Positions 36,028 through 49,998 of a DNA stretch of 64,000 nucleotides are shown here, in pieces (position 1 is the stretch's first letter; every line of letters begins with the position of its first letter). This stretch comes from Rotaria socialis (Eukaryota). The stretch is taken from assembly GCA_905331295.1 (NCBI GenBank), contig CAJNYD010000005.1, positions 124,001-188,000 of the forward strand. Reading direction: 5' to 3'. Below the pieces are notes generated by a model, which saw only the letters and a list, made by a program, of their open reading frames with translations, did not search any database and was not told where the DNA came from. The translations under genes and the position numbers were made by a program.

Positions 36028-37974
36028 AACAAGTTATTCTCTTTCTTTTTTTCTTATCTCATTTGGATGTTTTGATGAGTCGACTATTATGAACTCTACT
36101 CATGCTAATCTCACCGCTATAATGTATCAGATACTTTGATATGAAAAATAATTCAATGCCATTTTATCTACTAGAAAAATGTATAAATGAAATGAATAGC
36201 AGAAATCATTTAATAGTCACTGGTGTATGAGAAGTTTACAATAGCTCCTTCAATCCATAGAGAACACATTCAGTCAGAATTTTTTAACAAAAAGAGAAAA
36301 AATGTTATCCATTATGCTCAAGTCACATAATATTTGCTTTATCGTCGTTTATTTCTAGTTATTTTCTACATGTTCTATGTTATACTTTATAAAAAAAGTT
36401 AGACGTTCATTGAAACTAATAGAATGTAACTTTCCTTTTATTGGGATATCAATTATTGGAATAATTGAATACACGTTTTTTTCTATTTCTTATTTTCTCA
36501 TTCATTATTTAGGATTTCACCATATTTTTTCAATATTTCTTTGATCAATATTCTTTTATTTTGATTTTCTTTATATAAATATTTATCAACTAAAAAATAC
36601 AAGTAAGATTTCACTGAGAGTCAAAATTACTATTTGACCGCTCTTTATCAATTATAAATTACATCTGGCAATGTGAAGAGTTCATCATTCATGTACCCAA
36701 ATACTACGGTGTTCAGTAATGGTGAAGATTCAATGGCTGTAAAAATGATAAAGACCTTACAGTATAAAGTATTCAAGTGTATGAATCAAAATAATTTCTT
36801 ATGGTTTTTTTAAATTTAAAATTAGGGATATTTGATACAATTTTTTTTAACTAACCAAGGAACAATCCTAACTGTTAAGGATTGATCAAATTTATAGATT
36901 ATCTATATCTTTATATATATAACTAACTGATATTAGCAACAGTTTGAATCTATCCATCTTCATAGTTTATTTTCCAGAAGTGATGGAGTTATATAATTGG
37001 ATTTTCTACTCTGGCAAACTGCCTAATAAAAGTCATGTGTGACATTTGAAATTGAATCTATTGTATCGAATACTTTTTCAAGTTTCTACTGTGAAGTTAA
37101 AACTCACTAAAATTGTGAAAACAATGCGAAGACAAATTATAAACCCACTCATTTAAGATTTTCACTAATCTCACTTAGCCATCGATAAGACAGAACCGAG
37201 AGCTTTATTGTTTTTGTGTATTTATGGGCATTTTCTCGAGAGAAACTTGATAGAATTTGCAGGACAAATTAAATTATTTCATAGAAAGTCATTCGTTAAT
37301 GTAGCTCATATCTGTATATTACTTTATGATCATAAATATTAATTAAACTCCGACAAAACAAACCTGGTTTAGACTACTATATTTGTATGAACTTTAAAAT
37401 CCATTTTCAATGACTATCTATAGTAACAATCCAGTATATACGTATGCTGAACTTTTATAAATGATAGAGCTACTATTTTCATTCCCTCTCAAATAAAAAA
37501 AATGAATATCTTATAGTTAAATATTAGTTTAGTAAGTGCTTCAATATATGCGACATCATGAAAGATAGATCTTTGAAGAAGGCAACACCATATGGATGAA
37601 AATGACTGACACTTTCATAAATATTTTTCTAGTGGGTTCTAATAAAATGTGCTATTAGATTCGAAAAAGATCAAAACAATGAAATATTATTATCTATTGG
37701 TGCAAACAGCTTGAATCTATTCATTATTTTCAATAAATTATTTTCAATATATTGTTTTTAATATTATCAGTAGCATTTGATCTACTTCACTTGCCATCTG
37801 TGTCCATATACTTCAATCATCTTTTTGTTGATTCTATCTTATTAATTTTATCATATAAAAGGAATCATCAATATTAATCGAATAGAGAGAGCCGAATATT
37901 TCAATTTTAGAGTTGTGGTCGACTCTTTTTTTTGTTTTTCGTATTCAATATTTTCACGTTTACGTATCCAACTC

Positions 37975-40900
37975 ATGGCAACTAAACGTTCGCCGATATA
38001 TTTATCTTTAATTTTTTGTTTCATGATGACAGTCGAGTAAGTTTTAAATTCACTGAATAAACAATAGTTCAATTAATAAAACTGCAAATAATTCAGTTCT
38101 CAAACCTCTACAACATCAACGAATCAACATATTTGTTCCTCAATAGAATCGGTCACTAAAAATTATGATTGTCCTAATTCTACCGCATTCAATATTATTG
38201 ATGAACATAATAAAGATAATTCAACATGGAAAATAGATTTCAAAGTATACTCTTAAAAATTTGTTTTTACTGAATTTCAATAAATTTATTTATTTTCAAT
38301 GAAAATCAGGTTTTCCAAGAAGCATCAATAACGAATTCAGTTGAGCTTCTTCGAGAAATTCAACGAAGACATGCAAATTCTATTCCTTGTCCATATACTC
38401 GGTAATTGTGTACTGAAAAGTTGTTTTCTTAATCAAGTTTTTTTTCTAGACAAATGAATGTATCCAAATGTTGTTCTAACTGGACAGGAAGCAATTGTGA
38501 TCAAGGTGGATTTTAGTCTTAATAAATCTTTTATTTAATATCTGTTTTTTCATTATTTTCAGTCGCTACATCAAATGATACATTAACTTCTAATGATAAT
38601 GAGCCATTGCCATTCGCGACATGTGTACTTTGGGGTTTATTTCATTATCGAACATTTGATAATACACAATTTGAATTTATTGGTTCATGCAATTATAAAC
38701 TAAGTGGTACACAATCATGGCAAGTTAATGTTCGACCAATACAATGTAACAATTGGAAAACGTGTTCTAAACAATTATCTATGCTATTTGGACCTGTGAA
38801 TGTAACTGCAGTAGGAAGCAATGTTATTGTCAATGGTGTTACATTAAATTCAACCGAAGGTATTATTGTTAGTGGCGTGACAATCGAACGACGTGGAAAT
38901 TATACATATCTAACATATTCTGATGGTGTCCGAATCAAATGGGATGAAGCGACTGTCATTGACTTAACAGTTGATATTAGTTTCAAAGGAAAAGTTAGTG
39001 GTTTATGTGGAGACTATGATCAAAATCCTAGAGGTTGCAATCTTTTACTGAAGTACTTCTTGCATTTTTATGAATTCTTTAAAAATTTCTTTAGATGATC
39101 TTACTCTTTTTGATGGAACGATATCTCCAAGTGCGGCTGTATTCGGAAATCAATGGCGCTTAGATAAAAGTGTTAGCAATTCTCGATAATCTATCATTTG
39201 CATATTGTGTGTATTTTCTCTTTGCTTTTAGTGTCCAGAAGCGCCATCATTAGGTGAAGTATGTTCAGATGATGATACACAACAAATAGCAATAGATGCT
39301 TGCCAAATACTTCTTAATACTTCTGACGTTTTTGGTGAATGTTTACATGTCGTACGTAAATTATTTCTTTTAGAACATAAAAACAAACTTATATTTTGAA
39401 AACTAAAAGGTGAATGGAGAACAATATTACAATGCTTGTGTTATCGATTATTGTATGACGGCTACTACTCATCCAGAACAATTAGGACAAGCAATGTGCA
39501 ATTCTTACACAGCATTTGCTCGTGATTGTACTGATAATTATATTGATATTAATTGGCGTACAGCATCTCGATGCCGTATGTATGAAAATTTTTCCATTTT
39601 TAAAAATTGTACTTCGTTTTCATTCAGCAAAATCATGTCCGAATAATATGACCTATGTTGAATGTGCATCAAATTGTCCAAAAACTTGCCAAAGTCTAAG
39701 TCAAAGAATATCTCAATCAGATGCATGCATGAGCGATTGTTCAGCGGGTTGTATTTGTCCTACTGGAACTGTTTTGGATTTGGGACAAAATCAAAAATGT
39801 GTTAAACCTGACGGATGTACTTGCTACTATAGAGGAAATTATTATCAACCGGGAGACAGCATTGATATTAATTGTAATCAATGGTAGGAATTGATTAGAT
39901 AATAACCAGCAAGCAGTAATCAAAGTTGTGATGAAAAAGAAAATCTGATTAAAACTAGAAATAACTAAGAAGCGACAATATCAACTGATAAGTCATTATC
40001 TTAGATAAAACTATTCAATTGTTGATTATCAATTAAACTTATTTTCAATATGAGAATTAGAAATCCATTCCAAGTTCTATGATTTAGCTTATGTCGAAAA
40101 TTAATTTTTCAGAGCAATAAAGTTTCTTTCGAATAGTTATACCTATTGTGTAGACATTTGAAATTCAACAAAGTCAAAGAGTTTCACGAAATCATGCGTT
40201 GTGTAGCATTTCTTTGAGCACACACTTCACGATTGAATGTGTGAATCTTTGTAATCACTTTAATTTAGTACATTATGATAATATTTCAAGCATCCCTTCA
40301 GTGTAAAATGCTATACAAGCTTGTGTTTTATATCAATTTTTGTTCAACTTTCAGCATCTATGTTACGGATATTGTTCGCTAGTGAAAGGTTCTTTAATGT
40401 GTTCAGATTGCAGATTATCAGTTATTCTAAACAGTGCTTTTTAATGTTTTCTGCAACTGAATTTTAAGTGAAGTATTACGATCTAGATGAGTTTCACGTT
40501 GAAATAGCGATTGACACCCGTGGTGTGAATTAGAATGATTGTTTTTTTCTTTTGAAAACGAACATCATAATTTAGAAAAAACTCACTATCTTTTACTCGA
40601 TTGAATATAAGATCGGTGATTGAGAATTTCTTTTGAAATTTCTTGCACAAAAGTCTTTCGATTTGGAAAGTCAATCTATGGAGGTCTGAAAATATTCTTC
40701 ATATTCATACTCGAAGTTAAAATACTCGACAAATATTTTACAGAGTAGTTGTCATTCGATAAGGGCTTCAGCAAACGAAGACGAAAAGGTCTCTCATTGA
40801 AGTCAAATGTGTTTTTCCTGTAAATCTGTATGTAAAGCAATTTTCTAATACATTTTTTAATCTGTGCATTCACTTATATTCATAGTCGATGACGAACCAT

Positions 40901-43900
40901 CTTGGACTCTATTATATAAGATATGACTTTCTTACTTCTTGTAATTAGTTAGTTTGATGAGATTTTCCTGGATAAGTTTTCTTAAACAACTGAGGTTTAA
41001 AAATATAGTCCATATAATGTCACATGACAACGTATAGACAGATGTTACATGACTGTAAAATCGGGCACAGACATAAAATTCTATTATAATGAGACGATAG
41101 TGCCTATACTCCTATATTTAGTGAAACATGGCCTCGTATACAATGTTGTTTTACTGTGCTCTATATTAAGATTCAATGATTTTTGTTCATGCGATGTTTC
41201 GCGTCGTAAACGGCTGTATTCAACTAAATTACAGTAAAAGTATGGATAACCAGATTAACATCGAGAAGAATCCTTTCTATTAGCTGTTCAATTGATTCAT
41301 GGATTGTATTTCTTGAGACATAGTACTTAGAGCTAAAACAGGATAAAGCCGTTATTTTATCATACCTTGCTAGTGTGGCTCTCTCTTGGTAAAAGTACTC
41401 TTTCTATCATTTCAAGCTAGTATCTTCGATTGATTCATATACTGCTAGATCGTCGTTCATCTGTACTTTAAGAAGAAATCATACTGATTGAGTTTTTATT
41501 GAAATTTTTAGTAATTGTTCATCTGGTTCATGGCAATGTTCAAAAGTAGCTTGTCCTAGAACTTGCACTGTCATGGGTAATGGTCATATTGATACGTACG
41601 ATGGAAAAACATTCACTTTAATTAGTTCTTGTCAATACGTATTACTTGAAGTACGATTCAACTTTTTCAATTTAAGCAGTTGTTTCTTTTTAATGGTTTC
41701 TTCAGGGTACAGATGTTAAATCATCAGAGAAGCTTCGCGTGATGTATACCAATACACAAGATATTAGTACAAATGAATTAGTGATTGTTTACTATGGAAA
41801 TATAGTAAATATTAAAGGCTCACAAATAGTTCTTAATGGACAACCAGGAACACAATTACCACAGAAAAGTAATAATTTGTTGATTCGACAAGCAACATCA
41901 GTTTTACGAAGTGTCGAAGGTAATATCTAATAAGTAAATAGAAAAAACTTTACTCATATTTTCTTTCTTTTGAACTTTTGCAGGGCCTGATTTTGCAATT
42001 TATTTTGATGGCTTTCGCGTATATATTACCTTGGAATCATCGTTTATCAATCAAACTCGTGGTCTGTGTGGTACATTTAACTATATAACAAGAGATGATT
42101 ATGAAACTCCGAATGGACTCATAGAAACAAATATTATTAGTTTTGCTGATGCTTATAAAACTTCTCAAACATGTAATACACCGTTACAAACATCATCTTG
42201 CAGTCTTTTTCCAGCGGTAAGTTAAAAAAGAAAATTGAAAAATAATTTTAAAAAACATTCGTATGATTAGAGTGAATTAGTTGCTCGGTCAACATGTCAG
42301 AATCTATTGAAAGATTCTGTATTTACTCCATGTTTGTCTGTTTTGGATCCATCATTTTATATTGAATCGTGTACTGCTGATCTTTGTGTTGATAGTGCAA
42401 GTGATTATGTTTCAACATATACATGTTATCATTTAGCAACATACGCACATGAATGTGCTGAACGTGGCATTATTATTGATTGGATGAGTAAACCAAGTTT
42501 ATCAAATGCTTGCCACATAGCACCTTATCCTTATGGTCAATGTTCATCACCAGATGGTGGGTCAACGTCAACAAGCTACTCTGAATGTGTTTCCGCTTGT
42601 GATTATTCATGTTCAGACCTAGATCAAAAATCTTCATTGAATTGTGAAAATCGATGTTTACCTGGATGTGCATGTCCAACTAATACATATTATAATAGTA
42701 AATCTCTTTCATGCATTCGTGCAGAACAATGCCCTTGCTATGATGTATCAACAGAATCATATGTTCAGCCTGGGCAAAATTTATTTCGAACATGCACAAA
42801 TTGTACATGCTTAAGTGGAAGATTTCAATGTGAAAATCCAAATTGTCTTTCGACAATGAGTTGTCCAGGGAATCAAATTTATTCTAATAATGCAAGTACA
42901 TGTCCAAAGACATGTGATAACTTCATTAGTTTTTCCGCCTGCAATACATACAAACCAGGTTGTACGTGCCCACCAGGACAAGTATTGACACATGATGGTA
43001 TTAGTTGTGTATCAGTTGATGAATGTCCATGTCGTTATAATCAACATTCATATGCAACAGGAGAACAAATTCTTCAATCTTGTAACAATTGTACATGTTC
43101 CGGTGGAATATGGACATGCACCAAAATGCAATGTGATAGTACATGTATTGCAACCGGTGATCCACATTATATAACATTTGATGGATTACGCTATTCTTAT
43201 CAAGGAAATTGCCAATATTATTTAGCTAAGGAAAAAAATAATACATTCAGTATTTTAGCTGAAAATGTTCCATGCGGTTCCACTGGTGTAACTTGTACAA
43301 AAAATATAATCATTGATTATCTTGGTTCCAGTATTGATTTGCAACGTGGACGTAGTGTTATATTTAATGGTATTGAACTCAAAAATTATGAATCAATACC
43401 AAAAATCTATGGGCAAGTATCTGTATTTAAAAGTGGAGTTTTTACAATAATTTCTACACCAGACTTTTTAATTAAATGGGATGAATCAACAAGAATTTAT
43501 GTCACAGTTTACTCACAGCATCGTGGAAATATGGAAGGTCTATGTGGTAATTATAATGATGATAGTGCTGATGATATAAAAACAGCACAAGGAATTACTG
43601 GCTCAATAATTGAGTAGGGAGAGAACATTTTTTCTGAAAATTTAAATATATACTTATATGAAAAAAAATCTGTTCTAGAATGGCTAATTCGTGGAAAACG
43701 GCACCAACATGTGCAAATTTACAAGAAAATTCTATTGATAATAGTGATCCATGTTCCAATCATGAGCAAAGACGTGATTGGGCAACAACGGAATGTTCAT
43801 TGATTCGGGGGAAAACAATCGATAATCCATTTAATCCTTGTATTGACTTGATGGATTCAACACAACTTGATATGTACTATAAAGAATGCTTATATGATGC

Positions 43901-46452
43901 GTGCAAGTAAGAATATTGTGAAATTGTTCATTTGTTAATTTAAAATCATTTCATTAGTTGTGATCGTGGTGGTGATTGTGAATGTTTATGTACATCTTTA
44001 GCGTCATTCGCTGAAAAATGCAATTCAATTGGTGTACCTATTAGATGGCGTCGACCAGATCGATGTCCAATGCAATGCGATAATAATAAAGTTTATATGG
44101 CATGTGGGCCTATATGCCCTGAAGCATGCTCAGGAAAAGAATATTTCGGTTGTGAATTATCGGGTTGTGTTGAAGGTTGTTTTTGTTCAAATGGTCTTCT
44201 AATGGATGGGACTGGTACATGTGTACCTATATCATCATGCACATGCGCTTATGATAATAAATATTATCCAAGTGGTTCTAACATCATTCGGGGTTGTGAA
44301 ATATGTTCATGCACAAATGGTTCATTTGTCTGTTCAACGTTGACAGCGACGGAATGTCAACAAAATTGCTCATTTAGTGAATTTCAATGTTTAACTAGTA
44401 AAGAGTGCATACCAAAGACATGGAAATGTGATAAAACATACGATTGTGCAGATCAAACTGATGAAAATAATTGTGTTTACGAATGCTCAAACAAAACAAG
44501 TTTCACTTGCCAGAATGGACAATGTATCAATATGACTTATCATTGTGATGGTTTACCGGATTGTCGGGATGGTTCCGATGAAATAAATTGCAGTAAGTGA
44601 ATATATTTTAGGAAAATTTTTCACTAGCTTCATTTTATTTCTTATCTTAGCATATATTCAACCATGCACAGAATTTTTATGCAAAACGAGTGCAAAATGT
44701 ATTCCAAACACGTGGGTATGTGATGGTTCAATTGATTGTGGTTATGGCGATGCTTCTGACGAAGCAGCATATTGTAGTATGTATTACTATTTTTTTGTTT
44801 TCTATATCAAACGATCGATTCACTTTTCATTGAATTTTTTTAGAACAAGAACATTGTGATTTAAATAGTGGCCGTTACTTCCAATGCGCTGACAGTCAAG
44901 ACTGTTTACCAATCAGCAGTAAATGTGATAATTATAAAGATTGTTTAGATGGTTCAGATGAACGTAATTGTGCATGTACATGTTCTGAGCAGTTCTCATG
45001 TCAAATAGTGTGTCAATGTATCGATGTATCACGAGTTTGTGATGGAATACCGGATTGTATCGATCAAACTGATGAAAAAAATTGTACATGTACATCGAAC
45101 GAATATACATGCCTTGGAGGTGGATGTATCAATAGAACTCAATTATGTGACGGAATGGCTCATTGTTCGAAAGGTGATGATGAAACTTATATGGATTGTA
45201 GTGGTATGTTTCACTTATTGACATTAATCATTGAATTGTCTTGATGATAACTCTTTAGTGACTACTACGACTATAATCCCATCAACTATCTTCACTACTA
45301 TTGGCCAAACAAGTGTAACGAGTGTCGGAGCTTTTATATCGAAAACAGTAAGATTATTCGTCTTTATAAAAGAAATTCATCTTAAACTTTCGCTAGAGTG
45401 AAACAACATCTATTACAAGTAGAGCAGCATATATTACTGGAACAACTAGTTCAACGTGTAGTGCTATTGTTGGTGCGAAATGGCTTTCTGAGTATAATTT
45501 AATTACAATGGGAGATCTTGATACAAATTCCGATGTAGAATATCGAACATTAGTTTGTGGAAGTTATCTTGGCACGCAATCATCTAACTTTGCTATTCAT
45601 CGAGATCAAAATTCAATAGATCCTAGCCTTGAAATTCGATATAATATCAGTTTCGGTTCAACAATGAATGTCACCGCTGGTAGTGTTACGAATTCATTTG
45701 GTACTGTACAGAAAATATCACCAACACAATATAATTTGAATGGACGGTTATTAGGGATTAATGCCGGTAATTACGGTGCTTCTGCCTTTATTGATACTAC
45801 ACTGGATACAAAATGTTCCAAAGTAACATATGATATACAAACATTTTCCCAGTACTTATCACAATTGCTACCGAACAATGATGTTCTTGTACCACAAAGT
45901 CAGCCTGATACATTAAAATTTATTGTTAATAATACGAATGCAGATGGATTAGCAATCTTTCATTTATCATGTGACGATGTATTGAAAAATAAATATGTTC
46001 AACAAATTGAAATTCTAAATAACGTCAATGCTACAGCGATTGTGATCAATTTATCTGGGCAAACATGTTCATATGAAGAGGGTAAAATGGTGGGTAGTTG
46101 GCTGAATGGACTCGATGGACGTTCTCGGACATTATGGAACATTTACGAAAAACCTTCTAGGCAAAATGTTTCACTACGTATTACACAAAATTTTATGGGA
46201 GCACTTCTAGCACCATTCTATGCTGTTGAAACATCCGCGAATATTGATGGTTCTGCTGCTGTTTACAACATGACAGCACGAGCTCAACTGCAAGGGCCAC
46301 AATTAATATTCCCCACATGTGTCGAACCTAAACCTCCAACTTTATATACCATGCAAACTACTACTTCATCCGCTGCAGTACCAGTATTTATATCCGATAA
46401 TTTTATTGACAAACATCTTTCACCAGAAAATATGACGAACATATTATCTACA
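37975..46452 (+). CDS. SCO-spondin-like secreted protein: signal, EMI, 3x VWD/C8/TIL, 6x LDLa, Thr-rich linker, choice-of-anchor A domain; 3' end unresolved
   Basis: Signal peptide [19 protein letters not shown]-like WKIDF...CPY...[13 protein letters not shown] motifs HYRTFD, HIDTYDG and [10 protein letters not shown], each with [15 protein letters not shown]. Six LDLa repeats (DCxDxSDE type). A putative donor GTAAGC follows at 46453. Confidence 0.88.
45490..46320 (+). other. Choice-of-anchor A-like domain within the SCO-spondin-like CDS
   Basis: [23 protein letters not shown]...FSQYLSQL...GLAIFHL...AIVINLSG...TLWNIYE...GALLAPF...NIDGSAAV...AQLQ. It is encoded in one intron-free exon starting at 45397. 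Confidence 0.75.
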
Positions 46453-46710
46453 GTAAGCATCAAATTGATTCTCAGTTTTTCAGCAGCCAACGCCCTACAA
46501 AAGTCATCGACGCAAAGATAATATACAACAAAAATTCTGTCATTCCCGCAAAAGTCGCATTTGCTCGCCCCTTTCCATGAGATGCCCAGTTATAATTCGA
46601 ACATAAATGGAGCTTCAACTGCACCATCACAATTCGAATATAACCAGAGATATATACTTACAGTATCAAATACTAAGGAATAGTTTAAATTTTATTTACA
46701 TAGACATAGT

Positions 46711-46760
46711 CTCCCATGTAAGTAGAAATAGATTTAGATTTAGATTTAGATTTAGTTTTA
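46711..46760 (+). repeat. Dispersed repeat with a (TTTAGA)n tract; second copy at 48393-48470
   Basis: ctcccatgtaagtagaaatagatttagatttagatttagatttag is shared by both sites. Confidence 0.85.
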
Positions 46761-47113
46761 ATTTCATTTATATATACATATATCGCCTTGTCAGCGTGAC
46801 GTGTAACTTCTGGGACGGGTGTTTCGAACTCTGTATTTGAAAAATCCAATATTACCATCTTGTAGACCATAGTCGAAAATACATAGAAACATGTTTCGTT
46901 TTTCTTTTATACATTTAAAAAACATTTGGTAGTTAGTGAAAGAGAAGCTACTGTGCACGTAGAGAAATTAGTAAACTTATGCTACTGATTCATCAAATGT
47001 TTATCTTGGCAGAAATAAATGAATATTTAGTGGATTAATATGAATAGAGAATATATCGAAATGTGCATCATTTGGCATAACAGATAATATCCTATGTATT
47101 ATAGGTTTTCCTA

Positions 47114-48280
47114 GAGAGCCTATGTAAGTTTACTTTATTTATAACATCATCGCGTAACAAAAAATGTCTATTATTTGTTTTTTCATTACTGAATCGCAGC
47201 TAATTTTATACTAAAAGCAAATACGTAAAGTTAAATTTTTTGCGGCTATCTAAGGCATAGGATTCGATTTGAAAAAGATAGTGTGTTATAAAAATTTTAT
47301 GTAACGCGATGACGAATTTTACTTTTTTCTGACTTTTCCATTTTCATAAGAGCATCTTGAGCGAAAGAATTTTTATTCTAAAATCAGTATAAGTTGTAAG
47401 CAATCGATTTCTAATGAAAGCATATTAAGTTATGCACACAACATTGCCCAATGGTCTGAGTGGATATTGTTCATTTCAAATAGAACTACCAATCAAAATC
47501 GTTCAACGTTTCTGTAATGTTTATTCTCGTTCAGTTACAACGATAATTCCAATCTCTATATTGTTTGAATAATTAATATTGAATCATTTCTCTTCAAAAC
47601 AATATATTCATTTTTAAATTGATCTAAGTTCAACAGTAGCTTGATTTGCGATTGAAGTTGAAGCAATGGAGTGAAATGGTTAAGTCTAATGCTGAACGAC
47701 AAAAGCTCTATAGTATTGATTTATCAAAAAATTAATTGAAATTTGAACAAATGAAGCAAAAAGAAACTCGTATCCGTGATAGTCAAAGGTGTAGAAATTT
47801 AATGGGTGATTCATTAGAAAAATTACGTCTTCGCTAAAAACTGGCATCGAAAAAATATCGTAACAAATTAATAATTAAATTTTATAATCGTCATGTTAGT
47901 TACCTAATAACCGGTAAACGGGATTGTATTACAGTAGAAGATGATGGGGAAAAAATTACATTACAAAAGTCATCGTCATCGTGTAACGAAACCGTCATCG
48001 CGTTACGTTAATGAAGCAAGTCTCTTGTTAAAATAAGATCACTGTTCGGAAATGTTTTTTGTTCATTGCAAACCTCAAACTGTCGGCTACAAAATACCTA
48101 TAGAAAGTTCTATTCGATACTGCAGAAGATTCACAGAAAAATTAAGAAAACCACATCACCCAGAACTTTTTGTCCTTTTTCCGTCACCGCGTTACCTCAA
48201 CTATTATTGCTATAGTTTTAGAAGCGCTGATTAAATCGAGCTCATATTTTCATATATTTTGAGCAAGACATAGGCACATC
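47114..48280 (+). mobile_element. Internally deleted DNA transposon remnant (possibly Sola2-like)
   Basis: Decayed ORF MVKSNAERQKLY... and FY...TGKRDCITVEDDGEKITLQK (about 47676-47970). Repeated CGTCATCGCGTTAC-like motifs near both ends in both orientations, and an imperfect terminal IR around GCCTATGT. No TSD is seen and the superfamily is uncertain. Confidence 0.5.
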
Positions 48281-48338
48281 TTCCAACGAAAGAACACACC
48301 TTCTAAGTAGTCTAATTGCTGAGAAAATTTAAGAAAGC

Positions 48339-48640
48339 TGTGGGCAAAACGTCATCCCGTTACGCTCGGACAAGCCGACATATATACATAGACTCCCATG
48401 TAAGTAGAAATAGATTTAGATTTAGATTTAGATTTAGATTTAGTTTTAGTTTTAGTTTTGGTTTTAGCTTTAGTCTGAGATGAAGTGGGTGTGGGTTGAG
48501 AGGGACTAAGGGCTAACTGTGGGCGTGAATGAAGGATACCCGGAATGGATGCAGAGGGGCTACCCGGGGGTACTTCAAATGTGAGTGTGGGTGATGGATA
48601 CCATGGAGGAATGCTCAAATGTGGGTGCGGGCGAAGGGTA
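48339..48640 (+). repeat. Hexamer-repeat mosaic: TTTAGA/TTTAGT tract followed by scattered TGTGGG units
   Basis: TGTGGG starts at 48339, 48490, 48518, 48586 and 48620, with adjacent degenerate hexamers, all on one strand. Confidence 0.6.
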
Positions 48641-48899
48641 TACATATATTCATATGTCGCATATATCGGAAAGTTCAACCAAAGCTAAATCTATTCCTAG
48701 AGTTAGTTTTGGTTTAACCTTTTCTTTTCTCCATTTATATTCAAACCCGAATCAGGCAGCTACTCCCACTTTCTTAGAACCAAGCTCGACATAACGGAGA
48801 ACAGCAGACAATATATCCAAACCAAAAACCGATCTCCCAAAAAATTCACATGCGAATAGGGATGTGACAATACCATTTGGAGACTCATAAAGATACCAT

Positions 48900-49640
48900 G
48901 GATCAGTAAATATAAGTACTTAGGTTACTGGATCGCGCCGAAACTTGGGTTTGGGCGTATGCTTAAAAATAGTATGGCGAAAATAAGACAAAGAATTTGT
49001 ATGATTAATTCGCTTCGGTTAGGTGGGTCTACCTCTACTGATTTGAGAAAAGCGGTATTTCTATCCTATGTCCTACCCCTATTCACGTGGATATACCCAC
49101 ATCTCCCCCTAATCACAACAAGCCAACAACAGCTAAACCATTTCTACTACATATGTATACGTAGAATATTCTACTGCCACCACTGGCCGGATAACTTCGT
49201 CTCCTTTGCCCTGAACGGAATAAGTTTAGATGACAGGTGCTTGAAATATTGGAACAGGTATCTATCAACGTTATCGAGCACGAAAGATGGGGAGTTAATG
49301 TTCGAGCTGATGAATTTCAATGCATTCAGAACAGCTCGGTTGCTTAAAGAAAATAGTATAGCTGGACTATTTAGATTGAAGAGATATTTGGAACATAAGC
49401 CGATACTTGAGAAAATCGTGAACTGGTGCGCAAGTATAGCCACGACCGAATCCATTATAAGCTATAACATACAGGACGTAGTGACCCTATCGGAGTTCTC
49501 AGAAACTTTTCACCCTCGCACATGAATTTCGACTTGAACTGCGGTTCATTTCTTTCCTTCTTCCATCTTTCCCCTCTTACTCTTTAATTCATCTCCTAGC
49601 GCAAATGTACGGGTACTAAGATATGTATTTTTAATATTCT
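48900..49640 (+). mobile_element. 5'-truncated non-LTR retrotransposon (RT C-terminal/thumb region, jockey/I-like)
   Basis: YKYLGYWIAPKLGFG...KIRQRICMINSL...LRKAVFLSYVLPLFTW...CIRRIF. The KYLG motif is in frame with ORF 48959-49525; the upstream RT domains are absent. Confidence 0.8.
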
Positions 49641-49998
49641 TATATTTTTTCTCTCTCAATGTTAACCTTGAGCATGTCTCTTTCATGTTCACGTTCATGT
49701 TTTCTCTTTCTCCATTTTACCGCTCTTTCGTTTTTCACACTTGTAACTTCCCTACCGAAAGGACCTTTCCCGTCCTCAGGTTGGTGCAAATTCGAAAAAA
49801 CACCGATTTTCCACACCCTGAAAATCTCCAAATCCAAAGAAAATACCGAAAAATACACACCCGGCCACCACCCATTCCACTATACATTTAAGACGTATAA
49901 ACGAATATTGACTTAACCTAGCAACCATTTACGGATATACTACTTCAAACTCAATGAAAAGCGATCGAGAAACTTTACAAAAGTAGAAAACGGCCTCA

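Noticed and set aside
48352..48678. 108-aa ORF with KT/KS dipeptide runs
   Set aside because: Translation of a hexamer microsatellite, with no gene signals.
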